Below, piece by piece: positions 51,858 to 61,419 of a DNA stretch of 64,000 nucleotides. The notes under the pieces were generated by a model, which was not told where the DNA came from, did not search any database, and worked only from the letters and a program-made list of their open reading frames with translations. The position numbers and the translations under genes were made by a program. The DNA comes from Geosiphon pyriformis uo1. Lineage: Eukaryota > Fungi > Glomeromycota. The stretch covers positions 220,203-284,202 of the forward strand of contig JAAOMT010000727.1 of NCBI GenBank assembly GCA_016748015.1. Reading direction: 5' to 3'. Position 1 is the stretch's first letter, and every line of letters starts with the position of its first letter.

Positions 51858-53075
51858 CNNNNNNNNNNNNNNNNNNNNNNNNNNNNNNNNNNNNNNNNNN
51901 NNNNNNNNNNNNNNNNNNNNNNNNNNNNNNNNNNNNNNNNNNNNNNNNNNNNNNNNNNNNNNNNNNNNNNNNNNNNNNNNNNNNNNNNNNNNNNNNNNNN
52001 NNNNNNNNNNNNNNNNNNNNNNNNNNNNNNNNNNNNNNNNNNNNNNNNNNNNNNNNNNNNNNNNNNNNNNNNNNNNNNNNNNNNNNNNNNNNNNNNNNNN
52101 NNNNNNNNNNNNNNAAAATTTTAATAAAAAAAAGTTTTTTTTTTTTTTTTTTTTTGGAAACAAAAGAAATCATGTCTTGTTTCTAGACCTTGAGCTTCAT
52201 AAAAGAAAGGAAAATAAGTTTTTCATGAATTTGGATTCAGGTTTAATTTTTAATTGTCATTATTATTCAATTCATACATCTTACGAATTTTAACTTGGAT
52301 TGGATAAATTCTTGACAAATTGGCTTTGCAAGGTGTTTTTATATGTGAAGTTTGATTTTTATTCATGAGTAAAAGAGAGAAGATTGAGCTAGTATAAACC
52401 CAAAAAGCCATTTAGAATTAATTCTTATGCAAATTTAAAGAGTCCCAATCGGGATCATTACATGACTGTATAGCGTAGTTGATAAATCACAAATTGTAAT
52501 ATAAAAGCGACCTTACAGTGATTGAAATCAAAGAATGATATTTGCTATCAAAGTGAATCAAAGATTTTAAATATGATAATCAGCCTATAAATCAATTATT
52601 TAATGATGATCAACAAATTCCAAAGTACCTTGAATTTAAAAATTTAAAGGTTCTACTTTCATGATATGATATTATTAACCGCTTCAGAAATTAGTGTTAT
52701 TATGTATATATTTCAAATTTAATTTTTGCTGTTTTGAAAGTAAATAAGTAACGGAAACGAATACAAATTCCTTTACAAACTTATGTTTAAATATTCCTAC
52801 CTTTAAATATTTGCTGCTGAATTAAGTATTGAATAAAATTTAACTAAATAAAACTCATCTCTAGAAAGTTATTTTAGACAAGCAACAAATATAAAATCCT
52901 TAAGTCAAATTATTTTAATAGCAATATTTATATTATCTTCTAAGAAATATTCATTTTTTGATATTTTAATCTCGTGACCTTTTTCCTGTTTCCAAGTTTT
53001 TGATTAGCCCTAAGTAGTAATATTCAAAGTTTTAGGATATCACCAAGGTTTTGGGTTTAAAATTTAAATAAGGCA

Positions 53076-53410
53076 AAATGTCTTAAGAAGGAAGGCGCGA
53101 CATTTAAACACATAACCCCACCTAGGGCTCGACCCTGTGTGGGACTAAATCTAATATATATGTCCGGAATGACATAAAACTATCCGTCTGGATATGACGT
53201 AATACTATCTGTCGATGGAAGACGACACTAAATAAGCCGTCCCATCATGAAAGATGTAAAATTATTCGTCTGGATATGACGTAAAACTATCTGTCGATGG
53301 AAGACGACACTAAATAAGCCGTCCCATCTGGAATGATGTAAAACTACCCATCCGGTTATGATGTAAAACTACCCGTCAAAGGAAAATGATGGTAAAAACC
53401 ATTTGCAATG
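53076..53410. repeat. Array of ~10 short hairpins (GTC/GAC or ATC/GAT stems, purine-rich loops) with an 82-bp higher-order repeat
   Basis: Units are separated by TAAAACTAY-type linkers; ~53185-53266 is repeated at ~53267-53348. Stems are listed in the findings. Confidence 0.85.
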
Positions 53411-53979
53411 ATGATAAATAAAATCTGAGCGTGATCTCCAATATAAACAGTTTTTTTATTAAAAAATATAGTTTTGTTTACTTTCACTATTGGTTTTCTT
53501 TTTTCTTCTTAGAATCTTAATAGGACAGTCTTTTTATCTTTGTTTCAAATCCTTTTTTAATTCAGAAATTTGATTTCTATTAAAATTTATTAAACATAAC
53601 GATTCCTAAAAATCTAGTTTAAAAATTAAAATGCAACTCATGCTTTTTCACACACCTGAGCCGATCAAGACCACACTATTTATCTCCAAATCTGACCGAA
53701 ATTTATCAATACTCTTTTTAGGTTCAACAAACACCCCTCTTTTTCACATCTCTCATGGTGCAGATTCATGAACATCCTAACCAAACCCTCAACTTGAGTT
53801 TGGATTCCTACTTGAATCAACAATCCATTCCTTAAAAACGAACCCTTTAACCAAATTAGCATACAAATACACCGAATTCGGGATACATCAACGAATGCAA
53901 AACTTTGCAAATGCTAGAGCGGATCCAAGGTCCCTCGTAAGAATATCTCCCAAACTCCTAAGATTCGCATGCGATATCA

Positions 53980-54756
53980 ACTCAGGTATCTTGATGTCGT
54001 ACTTTCCCAATTGATTCCATTCATGGTTACCGTGTCGAGCGTCTTGTGCCCTTAGTCCATCCCCCCACAACAAAAGAAATTGACAGCAACAGCCGCCGAA
54101 AGTCTGGTCAGAAGACAGACTGTATTGTCTCAATATGGAACAAATCAGAACAAGAGCTTTTGATCTGTAAGGCCAGTGGACCGCCAAATGCGAAAGACCT
54201 TGATCACTTCGATGACAAGATCAAAATACAAAAGGGCCTCAAAGACATCTTAAACCTGATTGCAAAACGGGCAAAGTTTGGCAACGTGGAAATCTTTAAA
54301 AATTAAGGGTTTATGGGTTGTATTTCTTTGGTAGGTTTACCACTGCCTATTTAATAGTGTAACATTGTATTCCATCTAATGTTGTCATCTTTTTTAGGCT
54401 AGAATGGCTATATCTATGCCTCACAAGAATGTCTACTGCTTTAATTAAATTGCAGCCTTCCAGATTTCTCGAATTTCCGAAAATTATCACTGGATCCCAA
54501 TCATAATTCAAGCGCCTATTTCACTGAAGGTATAGTTCTTTCTTTTCTACATGTTCTTGTTTTATGAATTTAATAATCTAAATGTTCTTCAGACTGGGTG
54601 AATCAAGCATCAGATGACATTGACGAGTTGTTAAGTTCTGCTGCCTACAATCAATTAGAACAGAATACAACTCCACCAACATCACCAATTATCACCATAT
54701 CAGCAACATTGAATACACCGCGCACTCTTAAACGAATCAAGCATCCAGCAATGTAA
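53980..54756 (+). pseudogene. Putative PD-(D/E)XK-like nuclease-fold gene fragment (family expanded in Mucoromycota)
   Basis: RRKSGQKTDC...ELLICKASGPP...DHFDDKIKIQKGLKD...RVYG; spliced tail TPPTSP...TP. The family call rests on motif resemblance only. Confidence 0.5.
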
Positions 54757-54842
54757 AATTGTTAACCAGTATCGGTGACTATTTTTCATTTCTCTTCTCT
54801 TTGCCAATTCACCTCTCCGACTGTTCATATTTGGCTCCCATT

Positions 54843-55052
54843 CCAACAGACAGTCATCTACTTCATAAAGGTCATGGCTGTTTGATCACTTGCTGAGTTT
54901 CGGCTGTGTGGTTCGGGGTTAATACATAGTTAATTCTATAATAGCTGAGATCTTCCTGGTTGTGAGGGAGACACCTAGCCCAACAGACAGCCATCTACTT
55001 CATAGAGGTCATGGCTGTTTGATCACTTGCTGGTTTCAGCTGTGCGGGCTGG
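54843..55052. repeat. ~72-bp direct repeat (2 copies), each with an 11-bp stem-loop
   Basis: CCAACAGACAGYCATCTACTTCATARAGGTCATGGCTGTTTGATCACTTGCTG at 54843 and 54980. Confidence 0.85.
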
Positions 55053-56107
55053 TGCTCTCTGTTGAGGGACCTGGAGTGGCTATGATTAATGATTTTATAT
55101 AAGATGACATCCTTTTTTCTCCTTCCCAGGTCTTTTCATGTCTTGCGAGAGTTCCAAGGAAAATGGATCTGTTTTAATAATAATAATAATAAAAGGTTTT
55201 AAAATAGTGGTTCAATTGTTTGGGTTGCTCAGGATTTCTGAGGATCAAATCTACTGTTATCTCAATGATTATGTGATTTTTTATAAACAAAATGTTATGA
55301 GATTCAGATTGAGCTGCTATAGGCTATATAATAAATCCTGTAAGGTGTATCATCAGGCTTAGGGCAGTTTGTCAAGGCCTACCTGTTAGGCAATTGATGT
55401 AAAATAACAAGTGCTATTAGCTGTCTGCAAAAGTTTGGTTTTCGGAGTCTTGTTTACATTAAAACAATTAACATTGAATTAATTTTAATTTTGCATTCAA
55501 ACTTCATGGATTATAAAGCATTATCTCTGTTCCTCTTTCTAGAACACCCCCGTACACATTTGAGTGTATCATAAATGCCACGAACGTACCCGCCTAGCGT
55601 TGTGCGAAATTGGTACACCGAAAGTGTTGACTAAAAATCTTCTGACGTATGGTTCTACCACAAGTGGCTTCCGTTAAAACCGAAGATGGATAATCCGAAG
55701 ATCATTAAATAAAAATTTGTTTATATCAGAGTAAAAAATTTATTTTGACAATTATAATATTATAACAGAATAACTTAACCTCTCAAAACATTCAAAGAAT
55801 TAAACTTTGTCAAATTAAAAAATTATACCAACACTTAAAATATTATAAAAAAAGGAAGCTAAATGTATTTTTGGTATAATAAAACATTTTATAGCTCTGT
55901 CAAAAGACTTTCAAAGAGGATGTGCAAAAAAGTCAATTTGTCTATATAGTTTCAAATTGATTTATGCAGTTTCATTTTACCCATGTAAAACCCTGCTACT
56001 ATATATGTTTCGTAAGTTCATAATAGGAATTAAATATGAAATTCTGCTTTCTACTTTCTACTTTTCTCGCAGAATCGAGAGATTGCTTTGCAGAGCGAAA
56101 AAATATT

Positions 56108-56191
56108 TTTAAAGGAAACTAGAATCCCGAATTCTCATTCGATTCAAATTTGTAATTAAACACGTCAATATACATCGTCTTATATTCTAAG
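56108..56191 (+). repeat. 84-bp direct repeat, copy 1
   Basis: Identical to 60415-60498 except for one C/T. Confidence 0.92.
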
Positions 56192-56194
56192 GAT

Positions 56195-57002
56195 CGGGAG
56201 CTTCGAAAAGAAAGCTCTCAAATGGTTGATCTTCCTAGAGTACCAGATGCCAAAGTTTATAATGATTTCTATCAGAAATATTTGAAATTGGTAGATAAGG
56301 ATATCAAACGTCTGCAAGAAAAAATTGAATCACTCCCGAATTTGGTAACCCTCCAGTTTAATGGATATGGTATCGCTAGTGGTAAGCAAGAATAGATGTT
56401 TTATTTTACCTCGTCGAGCCCAGAATAAATAAATGAGCTTTATTTTAGAAATTAAAAATTAAACATTTGATTAATTTCCAGTATATGCTGAATTTACTGC
56501 CATTTCTCTCGCCAAAACCCTCAGGCGTTCAATATCGATCGCAATATTTTCTTTTGGAAAACCACGGATTGGCAACGAGGCTTACGTAAAATATGTTTCA
56601 AGTCTTGCAAAATCTGTACGATTCACTATTAAGCAAGATAATATCTCACGAGAACCAGCAGACTCTAAAGGAGAGAAGTATCTTCAGAGTGGTGTTGAGT
56701 TTTGGCATAGTGGTGTCAAAGATGAGGTTATAATTTGTGGGACTGCCAATGCAGCTTCAGGAGTTATAGAGGAGGATCAGGTAAAAGTTTAAATCTTATT
56801 TATTAAAACGATTAACTTTTAATTATAAGTTAATAACTTGGGTTATCAATAAAATTTTGGATTTTTACTAGAATTGTATTAACAAAGACAAGCGTGAAAA
56901 TCCAGAGGATCACGATGGACCTTATTTTGATATGACAATTACAGATTGTGATGAGAATTTAAAAATTCCTTCAAACCCTATTGAAGAACTTGGCAAAAGT
57001 AG
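56195..57002 (+). pseudogene. Partial inverted duplicate of lipase homologue L2 (exons 2-4 with introns)
   Basis: Near-identical to the reverse complement of ~26097-25267, introns included. 19-bp deletion in the last exon; no exon 1. Confidence 0.92.
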
Positions 57003-57308
57003 TTTTAACTTGATTCAGAATAATTTACATATTTAAGAACTTATCCTAAGAGCAAAATCGTTATTCTAGGATTTTTAAAAAATTTTATACTTTTAGAAAT
57101 AATAAAACTAATAATTAAAGTTTGAGACTTTAAACTACTAAAATCTGAAGGCATTTCTACAATTATAAAAAAATTTCAAGTTTCACAACTTTACAATCAA
57201 ATGGATTATGCTTTTTAAATTGACAATAAAAGGAAAAATTAAGTTTCTTACACAAAGAAAACTAATTTTACAAATTAGAGAGAATTATAAAGTTTATAAG
57301 CCCTTAAC

Positions 57309-57590
57309 TTTTAAGAAAACTAATTAATCAAATTATTGAATCGGCTTGGTGACGTCTGATTGAAAATTTTTAATTTAAAGAAAAATAATTAATCAAAAAA
57401 TAAATTTATCACTGAGTTAGCTTGGTGACGTCTGGTTGAAAATTTTTAATTTAAAGAAAAATAATTAATCAAATAAATTTATTAGTGAGTTAGCTTGGTA
57501 ACGTCTGGTTGATAAATTCTAATTTAAAGAAAAATAATTAATCAAATAAATTTATCAGTGAGTTAGCATGGTAACGTCTGGTTGATAAAT
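57309..57590. repeat. ~75-bp tandem repeat x4 upstream of a gene
   Basis: TTTAAAGAAAATAATTAATCAAA...GCTTGGTRACGTCTGGTTGA units; single-copy in each arm of the 24.4-25.0 kb foldback. Confidence 0.85.
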
Positions 57591-57641
57591 TTTTCTTTAT
57601 AAACACTCACCAATATACCTACTTTATTTCATTATGTTCTT

Positions 57642-59930
57642 ATGGCACATTATTTAGACATAACTCCTTCAGATCTTTGGTCTTTAAATTCTTTCAGCGA
57701 ATGGTGTTTAGAAAAGTTTTCTAGTAACAAATCAAGAATTTTTGATTATATGAGAAAAGAATTAGAATTAACAGCTAACAGTATATATAGATGATCAAAT
57801 ATGCAGAAAGGCGTATGAATTGCTTCAAAACTTAAGGGTCAGTTTATCTTTTATAGGAATGGTTAATATTCTCCTGAGGTAGGGTTGTACACAACAAAAG
57901 TTGGTACAATTATGAAGAGGCATCATAAGAACATTGGTCTTTCATCTTCTTTGGCCCACTGCAGTATTTATATTTATTTATTTAATAGGAATGGAAGCAT
58001 TGGAAAACCAAAGAAGGCTTTTTTGGACAAGAAAAATTAAAGCAGATTGAAAGTGAACAGGCAGTACAAGAGGCAAAAAAGGTATCTAAAAATTTATTTT
58101 ATTTTAATTTTTTTGAAACTTCTACATATACATAGTTAATATGTTTTTTTTGTATTGCTATTGCAGGAAACAAAAGAAAATATGTAACTTTTAATAAAAT
58201 CATCTTTGACTTTTTAATCTTGCTAATTGTATTTACTTGCCATTTGTTCTTTTAGTGAAGAAATTGAAGCTACAAACATTTGGGAGGAACATGAAAGTGA
58301 AGTCGAACTAAGTATATAGTTTTTCCTTTTTTCATACAATATTGGAAAAAAAATTTCTGCTGGCTATTTGGGTTAATCTGGATGTGAAAGAAAAGTGTCG
58401 CGTTGTTTAGCTTCAATTTCATTATGGTGTGGCATGTTATGTTATGTTGGGAGCACGAAGCCATACTCTGTGCAAATCCAATGATTAACAGACATTCGGA
58501 ATTCTTCTGCTGGCTTGAAGTGGAAAGCATTCTATAATGTAAGTCTTATATTCCTTTTTATTGATATAGAATATGATGCGTTTTCAAAAAAAGGATGAGA
58601 AAGAAGAGCTATCATTAATAAAAATTTTGGTATGTCTTGTTTTTTTGATTTTAGTTTCAAAAGAAACAAATGTAAACATTTTAACTCACTTAATATAGGA
58701 CAACTCTTATATTGTTGATGGAGTTAAAATATCTGCCAAGGTCGAGGAACAGAAAGGACTAGGAATCTACGAGTTTGTATTATCATATTTACACGTAGCT
58801 CTAAGCTCTGAATATGTTTACTTTATTAACTTTAAATTTGTAACTTTATTTTTATATAGAGCTGCTTTTTATAATATTCTTGATCTTAGTGAAAGCAGAG
58901 AACATGATACCATAAAATCAAGGTTTTCTTTTCAGTTATGGAGAAAACTGCAGAGTAATATGTGTATGGATAAATTTTTATTATTGAATGAAGTAGAAGA
59001 TTGGCTTAGAAAAAAAAAAAAAAAAGTATGTTNNNNNNNNNNNNNNNNNNNNNNNNNNNNNNNNNNNNNNNNNNNNNNNNNNNNNNNNNNNNNNNNNNNN
59101 NNNNNNNNNNNNNNNNNNNNNNNNNNNNNNNNNNNNNNNNNNNNNNNNNNNNNNNNNNNNNNNNNNNNNNNNNNNNNNNNNNNNNNNNNNNNNNNNNNNN
59201 NNNNNNNNNNNNNNNNNNNNNNNNNNNNNNNNNNNNNNNNNNNNNNNNNNNNNNNNNNNNNNNNNNNNNNNNNNNNNNNNNNNNNNNNNNNNNNNNNNNN
59301 NNNNNNNNNNNNNNNNNNNNNNNNNNNNNNNNNNNNNNNNNNNNNNNNNNNNNNNNNNNNNNNNNNNNNNNNNNNNNNNNNNNNNNNNNNNNNNNNNNNN
59401 NNNNNNNNNNNNNNNNNNNNNNNNNNNNNNNNNNNNNNNNNNNNNNNNNNNNNNNNNNNNNNNNNNNNNNNNNNNNNNNNNNNNNNGTATTCGGATTGCA
59501 AGTGTTTAGTAAGTTTTACTTAATAATTTTCAGGAATAATGGAGCTGTTTTAAAGTAATTTAAGTAATTCTGATATTAAATCTTTTAATGTACATCTTAG
59601 GTTGGAAAGCATATATTTATGCCTTGGATATGCCACATAAGCATCTTTACCGTTTCGAGAACATGATCAGCTTCGACATTCCACGATTGCCTAAGGATTT
59701 GCTATCGTTACCACTAATGATCCATTCACTTATGTCATTAAAGGTAATATATGCTATTGTTAAAGAGCCGGTATCTATACTGCAGAAATCTAATGTTAAA
59801 TTTAATCAGTCTTGAATAGATCAATCGGTTATGATTTTGGAGGAAATAACAATATCATCAATACGGACTTCGCGCCAACTTAAGTTAATCCCAGAATCAT
59901 CACCTTCTTTATTCATTGGACACACCTGAA
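57642..59930 (+). pseudogene. Multi-exon gene of the putative PD-(D/E)XK-like expanded family, disrupted; central part in an N gap
   Basis: Exon 1 MAHYLDITPSDLWSLNSFSEWCLEKF...DYMRKELE; late exons VFGLQ, GWKAYIYALDMPHKHLYRF...FDIP...LMSLK. Confidence 0.45.
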
Positions 59931-60414
59931 AAGCCCAAGAAATTCAAACATCCAGCTCAGTGATAAATGTCACGTTGATCACTTAATATTATTAAGTTTT
60001 GAAATGAAAAGGCCATAAAACATGCTTGTCATCATCCAAAATAGTGTTAACATTAACGGATTATGGAGATGAGTAATACAGGCATGTAGACTTGCTAATT
60101 CGAATTATTTCTAATTACTTCATTGATAGTATTTGCAGTTTACATATCCATGAAGGTTTTGCCAAATTTTTATGTGCCTTATTTTTTTCGAAGTTAGCTT
60201 ATGGTTCTTCCTAATTGTCTTATATACTAATTAGTAGTATCTTCTAATGTCATTGATTTTAAATCTAGTAATAATGATTCTTCTAAATTAATATAATAAA
60301 AAATGTTATTAATTTGAAAACTAGAATTTAAAAAATATTAAAAAATATTTTTACCGAAATTTCGAGATTTAATCATTTAAATAATCGGGAAACTCGTCTT
60401 TGAATCATTTAAAC

Positions 60415-60498
60415 TTTAAAGGAAACTAGAATCCCGAATTCTCATTCGATTCAAATTTGTAATTAAACACGTCAATATACATTGTCTTATATTCTAAG
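60415..60498 (+). repeat. 84-bp direct repeat, copy 2
   Basis: Matches 56108-56191. Confidence 0.92.
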
Positions 60499-60519
60499 AT
60501 TCAGAAAATTTTTAATTGT

Positions 60520-61400
60520 TCATAGTTGGTGTTGGCATTACTACGGAGCTACTTTGAGGAGGCTGTGGATTTATTCTCAATCGAAAAGGTGGCAATTTTT
60601 GTGGTACTGGCAAATTTTGTGGTGGCGATTTTGGGTGCAAGATATCTTCCAAGTAGTGATCAAGGAAAAAGTTTAATGGCTCCTTTTGGAGATTATTATC
60701 GTCGTTTGGAGGCTGGGATTTTTTAGGGAGTTTTGATAGCTGGTTTGGATAATCATCAATTTTGTCGAATGGTATGATTCGGCCAATGGCAATTGCCTAG
60801 AGCCAATAAACTTAGGAGTTGGAAGTGTCAAAATATTGTTATTGTCATCACCCAAATTATTAAAAGAAATTTTTTCCAGCTTGCCACCCAAAATATAAAT
60901 CCTAGTGTGCATCTTCCTAAGCATAGCCTCATTTATCACATCATCCATTTCTGAATTCAAATCTGCATAGCTAGTTTCCTCAGCAAATGTGTTTTTTATA
61001 TTCTCAACATCTGAGATCCCACTAATACTGCTCGTTTCATTATTGATTTCACTGCCCCAAGACCTTACAGGCCCAAAGCCATCAACTTCTATATCACCGA
61101 CATCCAGAGGGCCAGCAGATAACTCGACAACTTCACTACCAACAACAGACTTCTTCGGCTTCTTATATAACATACTATGTAAGTGAGCGCCTTTAAAATG
61201 CTTGTTCTTAATGCCAGACCAGGTCCCCAATCCAGCCAAATCAGAACCAGACCCACCAGCAGAAGAGCCCACTGGTTCTATAGCCACAAACAGAAGTGTA
61301 TTAAAAGAAATAGTTGAAAGAAATAAGGGAAAAGGGAATAAAAAAACTATCTCTTTGTAAAAATTCTATGCTCTCATTGCGACCAGGGAATCAACAAAAA
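60520..61400 (-). mobile_element. LINE (L1-like) 5' UTR/ORF1 fragment (minus, ~61400-60770) abutting a plus-strand putative ORF2 C-terminal fragment (~60520-60765)
   Basis: ORF 61287-60673 (EPVGSSAGGSGS...SWGSE...SDVENIKNTFAEETSY) and YFEEAVDLF...VAI resemble LINE ORF1 and ORF2-end sequences of these fungi. Recognition is from memory. Confidence 0.55.
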
Positions 61401-61419
61401 AAAAATTTTTTTTTCATTT

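Noticed and set aside
51414-52114. ORFs spanning N runs (also 59033-59487)
   Set aside because: Artefacts of assembly gaps.
53159-53393. CRISPR-like appearance of the hairpin array
   Set aside because: There are no unique spacers (the intervening sequences are themselves repeated), no cas genes, and the context is eukaryotic.
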